The translations under genes and the position numbers were made by a program. Shown here piece by piece: positions 1 to 9,944 of a DNA stretch of 64,000 bases. This DNA comes from Spirochaetia bacterium (lineage in GTDB: Bacteria > Spirochaetota > Spirochaetia > DSM-27196 > Salinispiraceae): assembly GCA_038204425.1 (NCBI GenBank), contig JBBRCZ010000007.1, forward strand, positions 64,001-128,000. Direction: 5' to 3'. The notes under the pieces were generated by a model that was given only the letters and a program-made list of their open reading frames with translations, had not been told where the DNA came from and searched no databases. Numbering within the stretch: position 1 is the first letter of the stretch; every line of letters begins with the position of its first letter.

Positions 1-540
1 GCTGTCAAATTTTTGGGCACTCTGCATGTCCGGCACGCTAAGTACATAGATTAGCCGCAGAAGCGACGCACTACTCAATAACAAAAAAGGCAGTGCGGTG
101 AGCGAATTTGACAACCAAAACCGGCGCTCAACCTTCCATAGCAGCAAAAGAGCAACTAAGCCTGGTCCAAGCACCATCCAGGCCGAAAAAACCGAAGTCT
201 GAACGCTGTAGGAATGGGGGTAGGCCAGCAATAACGACAAGAATTGCAAGGCAATAACGGCGTACACCCACTTAAAAAAGCTCTGCTTAAAACGAAAAAC
301 CCAGACGGAATGACAAAAAAAGATACTTGATATTGAATAGGCCAAGTTTGCCACTACGCTCGACATCCAGTCTGGCATAAGCGGAACTGATGCGTCTGCA
401 ATTGTGCCAATAGTTAAAAAGGCTTGAGCCAGCACCCATAACCAGGCACCTCTAAAGTTGCGCCCAGACAAGGCCAAGAGAACGGCGAGAATCACATTGG
501 TAACGTAAATAAAGCAGAGCAAAATTTGCAGCTCAGACAT
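1..540 (-). CDS. Partial polytopic membrane protein, probably the N-terminal membrane sensor of a GGDEF or histidine-kinase protein; runs off the left edge
   Basis: Not in the ORF track. ATG at 540 overlaps the rlmD end. Hand translation MSELQILLCFIYVTNVILAVLLALSGRNFRGAWLWVLAQAFLTIG... stays open for 180 codons to position 1 with ~6 hydrophobic segments. Confidence 0.7.
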   Translation of the reverse strand, partial: MSELQILLCFIYVTNVILAVLLALSGRNFRGAWLWVLAQAFLTIGTIADASVPLMPDWMSSVVANLAYSISSIFFCHSVWVFRFKQSFFKWVYAVIALQFLSLLLAYPHSYSVQTSVFSAWMVLGPGLVALLLLWKVERRFWLSNSLTALPFLLLSSASLLRLIYVLSVPDMQSAQKFDS

Positions 541-1912
541 TAATGACGGCATGCACATCCTTTCTACCTGAAACTTTGTTGCGTTCCAGCATTGCGACCG
601 TCTCGACATGGAAGGTATGCGGAAACATGTCCACGCTTTGACAGCGAATGAGTCGATAGCCTTCGTTGCACAGCTCTAAGAGGTCCTTACTCAAGCTCTG
701 GGGCGAACAGGACACATAGACAATGCGTTGCGCTGCCAACCTCGCCACTTGCTTAAGCACATGAGCACTGCACCCTTCGCGCGGCGGATCCAGAACTATC
801 AAAGAGAACTCGCCGGCCTTGCACATGCCAAGGCCTTTTTCTACTTCCATAGCCATAAAATGGCAGTTATCAATCTTGTTGATGCGGGCGTTCTCGACAG
901 CGCTGGCAACTGATGCTTTGTTGCTCTCAATCGCCAAAACTTTGGCTGATAGTTTTGCCAAGGCCAGCGAGAAAAAGCCAGAGCCGCAGTAGAGATCAAG
1001 TATTGCTTGGCTTGGCTTGCCCGCTGCATCCAAGGTGCCACTGACTTGATCGGTCACCAGCTTGCGCAGTTGCAAAGCCTGACTGTAGTTGGTCTGAATA
1101 AATCCGTTGAGCGGCAATCGGTAGCTGATGCCACCGAGTTCTTGCTCGAGTTCGTTCTTGCCGCACAGCACACGGTAGTCCCGATACGACTCGCCTGCCA
1201 CGCCAATTACGGCTGGGTCGGCTTGCATTAGCTTATTGGCAAGTTCTTGTACCGCCTGAGTGTAGTGCTTAACAAAAAAGACCACCCCTACTCGACCGCC
1301 GGCGCTCCGGAGATGAACCTGCAAAATTTCTGGCGGAAATGCCACATCACGCAGTTTGAGCCAAAGATTTTGGTTTTCCAAACTCTCTTGCATACATTGA
1401 CGAGGGTAGAGCGGCTGGTCGCTAAATTCCTTTAAATAGGCTAGGCGGCCATCCTTGTTGGCAAGTGACATTTTGTTGCGATAAGCGCGTGGTTGAGCCA
1501 TGCCAATAATCTCGCCTATTTCGCAGCGCAAAAAGCGACGCTGCAAAAGCTCAACTACAATATTTTGCTTGGTTTTTAACTGAAACGCATAGTTCATATG
1601 AAGCCACTGGCAGCCTCCACACGATTGCTCAAAATGTGGACATTCTGGTTTGACGCGTTCGGGCGAAGCAGAAATTATACTTAAAAGCTGACCACGTGCG
1701 TAATTGCCTTTTGATTCAACTATTCGATACGAAACCTTGTCGCCGGGCAGGCTGCGCGGGATTTTGACTAGGTGTTTAGCGACCTGGACAGTGCCTTCGC
1801 CAAACTCATTGATGCCTGTCAGGCTTGCTTGGCTAGTGCTGGGCGTAAAAGGGCGGCCGCGACTGTTTTTGTTAACAGGGTGCGGGGCTGGTCGGCTAGG
1901 TTTTTTTGGCAT
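533..1912 (-). CDS. rlmD: 23S rRNA (uracil-5)-methyltransferase, RlmD/RumA family
   Basis: TRAM-like N-terminus, CPHF..CGGC Fe-S motif, LDLYCGSGFF SAM motif, LDPPREG, YVSC, DMFPHTFHVE. Confidence 0.92.
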   Translation of the reverse strand: MPKKPSRPAPHPVNKNSRGRPFTPSTSQASLTGINEFGEGTVQVAKHLVKIPRSLPGDKVSYRIVESKGNYARGQLLSIISASPERVKPECPHFEQSCGGCQWLHMNYAFQLKTKQNIVVELLQRRFLRCEIGEIIGMAQPRAYRNKMSLANKDGRLAYLKEFSDQPLYPRQCMQESLENQNLWLKLRDVAFPPEILQVHLRSAGGRVGVVFFVKHYTQAVQELANKLMQADPAVIGVAGESYRDYRVLCGKNELEQELGGISYRLPLNGFIQTNYSQALQLRKLVTDQVSGTLDAAGKPSQAILDLYCGSGFFSLALAKLSAKVLAIESNKASVASAVENARINKIDNCHFMAMEVEKGLGMCKAGEFSLIVLDPPREGCSAHVLKQVARLAAQRIVYVSCSPQSLSKDLLELCNEGYRLIRCQSVDMFPHTFHVETVAMLERNKVSGRKDVHAVINV

Positions 1913-2036
1913 AGACCTACATGCTAACGATTGTAGCCTGCTTTGTCACCCTTGTCTTGCGAAGCTCGTGGACGCTTGAAAAAAGGCCGCCCTGTTGTTA
2001 ATCTCTGCAGCAGTAAATCTGCAAGAGGAAATAGAA

Positions 2037-3335
2037 ATGTTGGATCTAGTAAAAACGTTTTTGGCCCGCCATGGTTTTTCGTCATCAGTCGACACCGAAG
2101 CTATACTTGCAAGCTTTCTGGAAGAAATGCACAACGGACTTGTCGGCAAGGCCTCGTCTCTGGCAATGTTACCGGCCTACGTTGGTCTTCCTAAAACACT
2201 AAAACAGGCCCATCCAGTTTGGGTCATGGATGCAGGCGGCACCAATCTCAGAGTCGCCACAGTTAGCTTCAATGACAACAGCCCGTTAATTGAGGACTTT
2301 CAATCCAGCGCCATGCCGGGCACCCAGCAGTATCTTGAGGCAAAAGACTTTTACAAAAGTCTTGCCAGCAAACTCAATCAACTCACTAGTAAGAGTAACG
2401 AGCTAGGCATTTGCTTTTCTTACCCGGCACAGATTTTGCCTAACCACGACGGCAAGGTGCTGCGCCTAACCAAAGAATTGCACGTAAAGAATGTTGAAGG
2501 CAGTCTTGTTGCCCACAGTATTGGCCAAGCACTCAAAGAAATGTCGGGTAAGGTCGCCAACAATTCTATAGTGCTAAACGACACAGTGGCTGACTTGCTG
2601 GCCGGAATAGCACTAGACCGTCAGAACAAGTATCGAAGCTATGTAGGCTTTATTCTTGGAACAGGTACCAACTGCGCTTATATGGAAAGTAGCGCCGCCA
2701 TCAAAGCCGTCAAGCTGGATGGAGAACACTCAGTTGGCCCAGTGATGGCAGTTAACATAGAGTCGGGCAACTTCAACCGTCTTGCCATGAGTGCCTTTGA
2801 CTTAAGACTCGACCAAAGCAGCCGTGCCCCAGGGCGCCAAATTTTGGAAAAAATGATCTCAGGAGCCTACTTGGGCCGGCTGGTATTTGAGATACTCTTG
2901 CAAGCCGGCAGCGAACAAGTCATCTCAGACGCAGCCTACCAGATGCTCAAGCAGCTTGGCGCCATCGAAACTAAGTCTCTCAACGTTCTGCTTGACCCCG
3001 AGCTAGATGCGCTTGCGTTATTTCCTGCTTTTGACGCTAAAGACTTAGCGATTGCAGCGGGAGTGGCAGGTGCAGTTTTGGATAGGGCCTCGGCATTAAC
3101 TGCCATCAACATCGCGGCAGCAACTATTTCTGCAGCTAAAAGCTCAAGTCATGACGAGCGACCAATTTGCATAGCCGCTGACGGCAGCACGTTCTTTAAA
3201 GCTTATTCGTTTAAAGAACGTGTCCAAACCCACCTGCATCTCATTTTGGATAGCAGAGGCATCCAATGGCAGATTGTGCAACTTGAAGATGGCCCACTTT
3301 TGGGCGCCGCGGTGGCTGCCCTCAGCCTGTTGTAG
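2037..3335 (+). CDS. Hexokinase (eukaryote-type hexokinase family)
   Basis: MLPAYV, DAGGTNLRV, LGICFSYP, TKE, LNDTVA, ILGTGTN, NIESG, EKMISGAYLG, DGS, GAAVAA motifs; GAGGA SD before ATG 2037. Confidence 0.92.
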   Translation: MLDLVKTFLARHGFSSSVDTEAILASFLEEMHNGLVGKASSLAMLPAYVGLPKTLKQAHPVWVMDAGGTNLRVATVSFNDNSPLIEDFQSSAMPGTQQYLEAKDFYKSLASKLNQLTSKSNELGICFSYPAQILPNHDGKVLRLTKELHVKNVEGSLVAHSIGQALKEMSGKVANNSIVLNDTVADLLAGIALDRQNKYRSYVGFILGTGTNCAYMESSAAIKAVKLDGEHSVGPVMAVNIESGNFNRLAMSAFDLRLDQSSRAPGRQILEKMISGAYLGRLVFEILLQAGSEQVISDAAYQMLKQLGAIETKSLNVLLDPELDALALFPAFDAKDLAIAAGVAGAVLDRASALTAINIAAATISAAKSSSHDERPICIAADGSTFFKAYSFKERVQTHLHLILDSRGIQWQIVQLEDGPLLGAAVAALSLL

Positions 3336-3407
3336 TCTGGCCGTTGAGTGCCTGACAAAACACCCAGCTTTGTGCTAAGCTGCTGGCACTTATCCGTGGA
3401 GGAACCC

Positions 3408-4538
3408 ATGTCCGACAGTTTTTCTTATGCCAAGGCAGGCATTGACATCAACCAGACCGACCAGGCCAAAAAAGGCATGTCTGGCAGTTTGGCCAGCAAA
3501 AACCCGCGCGTTCTTAACCGACTCGGCGCTTTTGCCAGTCTCTATGATGGACATTTTCCCCAGCTCAAGCACCCAATTCTGGTTATGAAGACTGAAGAAC
3601 CAGGCAGCAAACAAAAACTGGCGGCGATCAGTGGTAAACTGCGTTCTGTTTGTTTTGATATGATAAACCACTTGGTAAACGACCTGATGGTTATGGGCGC
3701 TAAGCCACTTGCAGTACAAGACGCGATTATCTTGGGAAAGACCGACCAAGCAGTTATCCAAGAACTGGTAGCAGGCGTGGCAGACGCCTGTCGAGCAAAC
3801 GATTGCGATCTCACTGGCGGTGAGACCAGTATTCAACCTGGCGTTTTAGAACCAGGGACCTTTATACTTACATCCAGCATCGTCGGCATTGTTGACAAAG
3901 ATGCGATTATTGATGGCAGCACCATTGTGCCGGGAGACAGCGTTATCGCTATTGCCAGCAACGGTTTACATACCAACGGCTACACCTTGGTTCGCGCACT
4001 GATGGACAAATTTGGCGACTTAGCTGGCATGAAGATGCAAGGCGATAATTACAACCGCCAAGGTGGCCGCGCACCCAATCTTTTTGCCCCCGAGAGCCCA
4101 GAAACCTTTTTTGACGTCATCATGCGACCGCATACTGACTACTACAGGGCAGTCAGGGATCTATTTGGTCACAAAACCTTGCATGGCATGGCTCATATCA
4201 CCGGCGGCGGCATCCAAGACAACCTCAGCCGCATAATCCCGTCTGGATGCAGTGCCTCGCTTGATAAGTCGGCCCTGCGCATACTGCCAGTTTTTGCAGA
4301 GATCAAGCATCGTGGGTCGGTTGAAGAAGGCGAAATGCTTAGAACCTTTAACTGCGGCGTCGGTTTGTGCATAGTTTGCGAAAGCAGTGCAAACTCTGAC
4401 GTGATTAAACACCTAAAAGAACAGGGACTTGATGCTTATCTTATTGGTGGCATAGTTAAATCTGGCAAGCAAGCTGACGCAAGCCAGCTTGCTGCTTCAT
4501 CGGTCACTTATTATGGGCTGGCTAATTGGCAATGCTAA
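3408..4538 (+). CDS. purM: Phosphoribosylformylglycinamidine cyclo-ligase (AIR synthetase), divergent
   Basis: SYAKAGIDI, GGETS, SNGLHTNGYTLVR, AHITGGG, EMLRTFNCGVG; GGAGG SD before ATG 3408. Confidence 0.9.
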   Translation: MSDSFSYAKAGIDINQTDQAKKGMSGSLASKNPRVLNRLGAFASLYDGHFPQLKHPILVMKTEEPGSKQKLAAISGKLRSVCFDMINHLVNDLMVMGAKPLAVQDAIILGKTDQAVIQELVAGVADACRANDCDLTGGETSIQPGVLEPGTFILTSSIVGIVDKDAIIDGSTIVPGDSVIAIASNGLHTNGYTLVRALMDKFGDLAGMKMQGDNYNRQGGRAPNLFAPESPETFFDVIMRPHTDYYRAVRDLFGHKTLHGMAHITGGGIQDNLSRIIPSGCSASLDKSALRILPVFAEIKHRGSVEEGEMLRTFNCGVGLCIVCESSANSDVIKHLKEQGLDAYLIGGIVKSGKQADASQLAASSVTYYGLANWQC

Positions 4539-4560
4539 AGGGGATCGTCAATTGATTTTG

Positions 4561-5718
4561 TTAAGAGCCGGTCTTGCCCTTAGGGCGAATAAGCGTTAGT
4601 AGACCCAAAAGGGCCACCGCGCTCGCTACGCCGAAGATTGGCAAATAGCTATCGGTCTTATCGTGCAGCCAGCCACCAAGGGGTGGCCCGAGGATAGCTG
4701 CCATTCCGTAAGCCAAGAATATCAGAGGATAGACGTCTGAAATGCCGTTTTTGCCATAAATTTGTGAAGTCTGAGATGCGTAGACAACCAGACTGCCACC
4801 AAAGCCAAGGCCCGTAAGAAAGACAAAGAACAGAAAAACTGGCAGATTTGTTTGAGCTAAAATCATACCGAGCGGTGCAAGTACAAGAATAGTTAGTGTA
4901 GATGGGATAGTCATTTTTGGCCTGCTGTCATTCACCGCACCCCAAAAAAGTCGCCCCAGACTATTGCCCAGAGCGATCAGCACCACCGAACCAAGCGCCC
5001 ACTCGGGATGTCCAAATTCAAGAGTGACCGAAGAAACCTTGCCAATGATAACCAATCCTCCAAGAGTACCTGCAAACATGCCGCAGAAGAGCCTCCAAAA
5101 GCCGGGGTCGCGCACGATCAGTGCAAAGGCAAGCTTAGGTTGGGACTGCTTAGACTCGGCGTCCTTAGGAAAAGAAAGAAAAAGCCCACTAATCATGATG
5201 ACCATGCTTCCAACCAAGCCCATCCACATAAAGACCTGCAGTATATCCATATGCAAACTAAGCAAATGGTTGGCAAGATTGGCGGTGATCATGCTGCCTG
5301 CTCCAAAGCCAAAGACGGCGATACCCGTAACAAGTCCCTTATGCCTAGGGAACCATCTCACAGCTGTGGTAAGCGGAGTAACGTAACCAAAACCAATAGC
5401 AAGTCCCATTACAATTCCCAGACAGGGAAGCAAAACAGCAAAGGCTCCTCCACTCTGCGAAGCAAAGAAGAAAGCCGCAAAATACAAAAGCGAGCTGACT
5501 ATCGCCAAGGGCAGCGGGCCGGTCTTCTTGATTAGGCGACCAGAGAAGACCATGGTAATGGTAAACACTGCAATGCTCAGACCGTAGATCATCTCGGTCT
5601 CAAGGCTGGTCAAACCGTAAAGATCTCTCAATGGCTTGCCGAGCGTACTCCAAGCGTATACCCCGCCCAGAACCATTTGAATAAATACCGACGAGATAAG
5701 AATGAGCGCTTTTTTCAT
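4561..5718 (-). CDS. MFS transporter, OFA (oxalate:formate antiporter-like) family
   Basis: 12 hydrophobic segments, LGGVYAWS, RWFP.HKGLVTGIAVFGFGAG, GRLFWG, GPPLGGWLHD. Confidence 0.88.
   Translation of the reverse strand: MKKALILISSVFIQMVLGGVYAWSTLGKPLRDLYGLTSLETEMIYGLSIAVFTITMVFSGRLIKKTGPLPLAIVSSLLYFAAFFFASQSGGAFAVLLPCLGIVMGLAIGFGYVTPLTTAVRWFPRHKGLVTGIAVFGFGAGSMITANLANHLLSLHMDILQVFMWMGLVGSMVIMISGLFLSFPKDAESKQSQPKLAFALIVRDPGFWRLFCGMFAGTLGGLVIIGKVSSVTLEFGHPEWALGSVVLIALGNSLGRLFWGAVNDSRPKMTIPSTLTILVLAPLGMILAQTNLPVFLFFVFLTGLGFGGSLVVYASQTSQIYGKNGISDVYPLIFLAYGMAAILGPPLGGWLHDKTDSYLPIFGVASAVALLGLLTLIRPKGKTGS
4566..4583 (+). repeat. 18-bp direct repeat copy 1 (AGCCGGTCTTGCCCTTAG)
   Basis: Identical to 5768-5785; lies in the last codons of the MFS gene. 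Confidence 0.9.
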
Positions 5719-5767
5719 AGGCGCACTATAGCAGAGAACACAAAAGCAGAAAAGCCGGTAACAGAAA

Positions 5768-5785
5768 AGCCGGTCTTGCCCTTAG
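5768..5785 (+). repeat. 18-bp direct repeat copy 2 (AGCCGGTCTTGCCCTTAG)
   Basis: Identical to 4566-4583; overlaps hairpin CTTGCCCT-TAGTTTT-GGGGCAAG and a tandem CAGAAAAGCCGGT duplication. Confidence 0.9.
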
Positions 5786-5806
5786 TTTTGGGGCAAGTTA
5801 GATGCC

Positions 5807-6835
5807 TTACTGCTGGTCAATATTCGCGAGCAGTGTGGCTTGGTCAAGACTCTCTTTTTTGACACGAGCATTGAGATAGATGGAAACCGAACTTGACAGG
5901 TAAGATGCGCCAAATGGCAAAAGAATAACCGACAAGACTCCTGTAGCAATCCAGACCTGTGTTAACAGCGACTGCATAATTGCCATTGGGTTTTGGGCTG
6001 CTCTAAAATAGTTGCCGCTTACAAACATGGTAGCCAGCGTACCTACCATCAACGCAATAAACACAATCAACGATATTGCGTAAATGAGACCTACGTAGCT
6101 AAAGATAAGTCCGTAGATTTGCCCCAAGCTACCCTTAACCAAGGCAAAACTGCGCTTGAGGGAGGCCTTGATGCCAAGTTTTTCTACCACAAGGGCCGGT
6201 ACCCAAAAAAAGAGTCGTGGCGCAATGATAATTATCCACGTAAAAGAAACTATGGCACCAAAGAACATAAGGGCAAAGGCACCCATCAGGGGCAGCAGCT
6301 TGTCAAACTGCGTACCGCTTGCAAATTCGGTACTCAATAAGTTTGGTGCAACAAACAACAAGGGCACCAAATAAAGAAGCAAGAATGGCCCGACTACAAT
6401 CAGATAGCGCAGACCAGAAAGTCCCAACAAAGGACCTAGGCGCGAGAAGATGGCTTTTAAACTTGCAATTGGACTCAATGGGCTAGCCGTGCTTAGTTTG
6501 GAAACTGACAATGCAAAAAAACCTTCTACTATCACCAAAACAATTAGACCAATTAACGTTAACAACAAACCCCACAATAGGCCTTGGCCCAAGAACCGAT
6601 TTAAAAACATTCCAGCGTCAGGCGCTTCATATGCCGCTGCTTCCAGAGTCTCAGAATCCCAGCCCATTAGTCCCCAGCTCTGAAACATGCTCGTGGCTTG
6701 TCCAATTATCGGCAGAGCTAGTACTGCCATAGCTATGACGAGCACCAAGCTAAAGACGCCAAAATTGCGAAAATACATCGAAAACCCGCGCCCAAAAATC
6801 TTTCCAAACTTAAGTGCTTCTAAATCATACTGCAT
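5807..6835 (-). CDS. Integral membrane protein (glycerophosphodiester-phosphodiesterase membrane-anchor-like)
   Basis: ~7 TM segments, PALVVEKLGIKASLKRSFALVKG motif, AGGAG SD. Confidence 0.7.
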   Translation of the reverse strand: MQYDLEALKFGKIFGRGFSMYFRNFGVFSLVLVIAMAVLALPIIGQATSMFQSWGLMGWDSETLEAAAYEAPDAGMFLNRFLGQGLLWGLLLTLIGLIVLVIVEGFFALSVSKLSTASPLSPIASLKAIFSRLGPLLGLSGLRYLIVVGPFLLLYLVPLLFVAPNLLSTEFASGTQFDKLLPLMGAFALMFFGAIVSFTWIIIIAPRLFFWVPALVVEKLGIKASLKRSFALVKGSLGQIYGLIFSYVGLIYAISLIVFIALMVGTLATMFVSGNYFRAAQNPMAIMQSLLTQVWIATGVLSVILLPFGASYLSSSVSIYLNARVKKESLDQATLLANIDQQ

Positions 6836-6939
6836 AGATACTCCTATTAATTTCTTGAAAAACTTAATTTATTATGGCAATTTCAAAGGCTTTTGAAATT
6901 CCCTCTTGAGCTAAATATAAACATAACCTTGCCACTTCG

Positions 6940-7491
6940 CTACGTTTTGTTTGCAAGTAAGTACTGTCTAACTTGTTCAAAGGCAAGCCGGCGATGGCTA
7001 AAGCCATTTTTCTCTTCGCTCGACATTTCAGAAAATCGCCTACTATCCCCGTCAGGTATAAATATTCTGTCAAACTGAAAGCCTTCTTTCCCTGCTGGCG
7101 GTACAATTTGACCACAGACTTTGCCTATAAACAACTGGATTTCTTGCCCCGGTTGGGCGATGGCGGCTACCACTTGGGCGTAGGCGCTCTTGTCCGCATA
7201 GGGCGCAAGCATTTGATAGAGACCAGCTATACCGACACTTTCAATAAAATGGCGGATATAGGGACCTGGCAATCCATTCCATGCGTTAAAAATCAGTGAC
7301 GTATCTTCCACTACAACAGCATGACCGGTGAACTGGCACGCAATGCGAGCTTTTTCACTGGCAATAGCTAGTGGCTGACCCTGAAGTTCGGGCAAGTCCA
7401 AGGTGATCTTTCGCACTTCAATGCCCTGCAGGATCTGGCTAACCTCGACAAACTTATCTTGGTTGCCGGTAACAAAATTAATAGAAATCAT
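6940..7491 (-). CDS. rdgB: Non-canonical purine NTP pyrophosphatase (HAM1/ITPase)
   Basis: FVTGNQDK, ELQG, EDTSL, GLPGPYI, EKN..SHR motifs. Confidence 0.9.
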   Translation of the reverse strand: MISINFVTGNQDKFVEVSQILQGIEVRKITLDLPELQGQPLAIASEKARIACQFTGHAVVVEDTSLIFNAWNGLPGPYIRHFIESVGIAGLYQMLAPYADKSAYAQVVAAIAQPGQEIQLFIGKVCGQIVPPAGKEGFQFDRIFIPDGDSRRFSEMSSEEKNGFSHRRLAFEQVRQYLLANKT

Positions 7492-7617
7492 ACTGGCCTC
7501 GACGCTACCACAAATTCTAGATTTTACCTACCTGGCTTTTTAAAAAAACTTGTTCGATTGCCTCTACAAGCATTTGCTGTCTGGCATTATAATGGTTTTA
7601 GTTTGCTTGGAGGCACT

Positions 7618-7953
7618 ATGCTTAAGGAAGAATCCAATCGACGTGGCAAGAAGAGAGTCAAATTAGAACAGCTAATTGAACTGGCTCTCAATCGCGAAAC
7701 TATTTTGTCGGCGCGCGGCTTGGACATCAGCGAAGGCGGCATGCGAGTACTAAGCCCCGCCCTGATTGAGTTTGGCACACGCGTCTTTGTTATGTTTACC
7801 GTCAGATGTGCTTTTGAAGATGACCAGATTGTCAAAGGTGAGGCTATTTCTGTCTATTGCCAAAAAAATGAGTCAGGCTACGCGGTTGGCTTTAAATTTT
7901 TGGATCTAAAACCCACCGAAACAGAGCTTTTAAGCGCATGTCTGGTCGAGTGA
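7618..7953 (+). CDS. PilZ-domain protein (c-di-GMP receptor)
   Basis: RRGKKR (RxxxR) and DISEGG (DxSxxG) motifs, VGFKF; GGAGG SD before ATG 7618. Confidence 0.88.
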   Translation: MLKEESNRRGKKRVKLEQLIELALNRETILSARGLDISEGGMRVLSPALIEFGTRVFVMFTVRCAFEDDQIVKGEAISVYCQKNESGYAVGFKFLDLKPTETELLSACLVE

Positions 7954-7994
7954 CAGGCCCACCAGTCAAAACAGGATTCTAAGCCGCACGCTTA

Positions 7995-8585
7995 TCAAAA
8001 TAGAAACCTAAGCCGCGCACTGAGCAAAAAAAACACCCCGGGGTCTTGCCTAAATTGATACTCAGTCACTATCCCTGCTTCTAAGACCATCGGGCCCACT
8101 TTAAATTGCTGGGCCAAGCCTAGTCCGGCCGATAAAAAAAACTGATAGAACTGCAACCAGGTAACTTTGCTAAAAGTCCCCTTAAAGTCGGCTCGCAGCA
8201 AAAAACCATCTTGGCTCTTTAGTGCTAAGGCCAGTCCAGCGTTTGCTGCATCCCAACCTGGTCGGACCACAAACTGCTCTTCGCTTGTTGCTGAGGCGGC
8301 GGCAGTTTGCCAAGCAAGGCTAAGTCCACCCCATAAGGGCTCGCTAATGGCAAAGTCGAGGTCGACTGCCAGGTTATTGGCAACTTGTACAAATCGGTAA
8401 CCATAGGCTTCGCTAAAGGCTAGGCCAAGCGTCTCACTTAACCCGAGCTGCCATTTTTTGTCGGCAGAAGGTGCGGCTTCGGTGTCTTGGGCAAAGTTAT
8501 TGGCACTAGCCAATGACAAAAAGACAAGCAAAAAAATCGGCATCTTGGACCAACCGGCAAAGACGTGCTTGGCTTGTGTTCTCAT
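7995..8585 (-). CDS. Secreted protein, probable small outer-membrane beta-barrel
   Basis: Signal peptide, alternating amphipathic strands, C-terminal RFLF; start overlaps the upstream stop. Confidence 0.6.
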   Translation of the reverse strand: MRTQAKHVFAGWSKMPIFLLVFLSLASANNFAQDTEAAPSADKKWQLGLSETLGLAFSEAYGYRFVQVANNLAVDLDFAISEPLWGGLSLAWQTAAASATSEEQFVVRPGWDAANAGLALALKSQDGFLLRADFKGTFSKVTWLQFYQFFLSAGLGLAQQFKVGPMVLEAGIVTEYQFRQDPGVFFLLSARLRFLF

Positions 8586-9940
8586 GTTTCGCCTTCATCT
8601 ATGTTGTATTCGTCGAGTTTGCGATGCAAGGTTTTTCTACCAATGCCCAGCACATCGGCTGCCTTGGATTTGTTGCCGTTCTCTGCCATCAATGTACTCT
8701 TTATAATTTCGCGCTCAGCTTCTGCCATGGTAGATCCGGGTGCGATCCTAATCCAAGCTTCATCATGGCTTTCGGCTATGTGGGGCGGTAAGTCATCTAC
8801 GGTCAAAAACTCGTTGCGAGTCATTACTACGGCAGACTCTATGGTATTGCGCAGTTCGCGAATATTTCCGGGCCATGGGTAGTTAAACAATGCAGTACGG
8901 GCCCTATTGTCAATGCCTTCTATTGATTTGCCGTTTTCTTCGGCAAAGGTTTTGAGAAAGTGCGCCACCAAAAGTGCAATATCTTCCTTTCTCTCTCTAA
9001 GCGGTGGAACATGAATATTGACCACATTTAAACGATAATAAAGATCCTCCCTAAAGTTTCCAGCCTCTATTTCTTTTTTAAGATCGCGATTAGTGGCCGC
9101 AACCACACGCACATCTACTTCAATGGTTTTCTCACCACCCACCCGTTCAAACTTGCGTTCTTGCAAGACACGCAAGATCTTAATTTGAATGTTCTGATTT
9201 ATTTCGCCGATTTCATCGAGAAGCAAAGTGCCCCCAGACGCCAGCTCAAATCTACCTCTTTTTTGAGTATTGGCGCCAGTGAAGGAACCTTTTTCGTGTC
9301 CAAAGAGTTCACTTTCTAAAAGGCTCTCTGTCAGAGCAGCACAATGCACGTTGATCAAGGGCTGGTCGTGGCGTGGCGAAATTTTATGTATTGCTTCGGC
9401 CACCAGCTCCTTGCCCACGCCACTTTCGCCAGTAATCAATACGTTGGCTTTGGTAGGAGCTACTTGCTGGATCATCTCAAAGACCTTGCGCATACCAGCC
9501 GACTTGCCAACCATTACGGTTGCTCGCCGTTGGCTCTCTAACTCCTCGCGTAGTGCGCGATGTTGCAAATACAGTTCGCGATTGGCCAGGGCTCGTTTAC
9601 ACAAAAGTGTCAAACGCTCAAGGTTAACTGGCTTGGTCAAAAAGTCAAAGGCACCATCTCTCATTGCTTGGACAGCGTTGTCTACTGTGCCGTGACCAGT
9701 TAAAATAATGACTGAAACCATAGGATACTGCTGGTTGACTCGCTTGAGAAGTTCTTCGCCTGAGAGCTTGGGCATACGCAAGTCGCAGATCACAAGGTCT
9801 ATCTCCTCAGTTTGCATAAGAACCAAAGCGGCTGCTCCGTCTTGTGCAGTAAAGGTACGATAACCATCCATTTGCAGACTCATAGCAAGGCCTTCGCGGA
9901 TATTCTTTTCGTCGTCAACAACTAGGATGTTAAAAAGCAT
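8582..9940 (-). CDS. Sigma-54-dependent response regulator (NtrC family; Rrp2-like)
   Basis: REC (VVDDE, DLRMP), AAA+ GESGVGKE, ESELFGHEKGSFTGA, WPGNIREL, Fis-type HTH. Confidence 0.95.
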   Translation of the reverse strand: MLFNILVVDDEKNIREGLAMSLQMDGYRTFTAQDGAAALVLMQTEEIDLVICDLRMPKLSGEELLKRVNQQYPMVSVIILTGHGTVDNAVQAMRDGAFDFLTKPVNLERLTLLCKRALANRELYLQHRALREELESQRRATVMVGKSAGMRKVFEMIQQVAPTKANVLITGESGVGKELVAEAIHKISPRHDQPLINVHCAALTESLLESELFGHEKGSFTGANTQKRGRFELASGGTLLLDEIGEINQNIQIKILRVLQERKFERVGGEKTIEVDVRVVAATNRDLKKEIEAGNFREDLYYRLNVVNIHVPPLRERKEDIALLVAHFLKTFAEENGKSIEGIDNRARTALFNYPWPGNIRELRNTIESAVVMTRNEFLTVDDLPPHIAESHDEAWIRIAPGSTMAEAEREIIKSTLMAENGNKSKAADVLGIGRKTLHRKLDEYNIDEGET

Positions 9941-9944
9941 CAAA

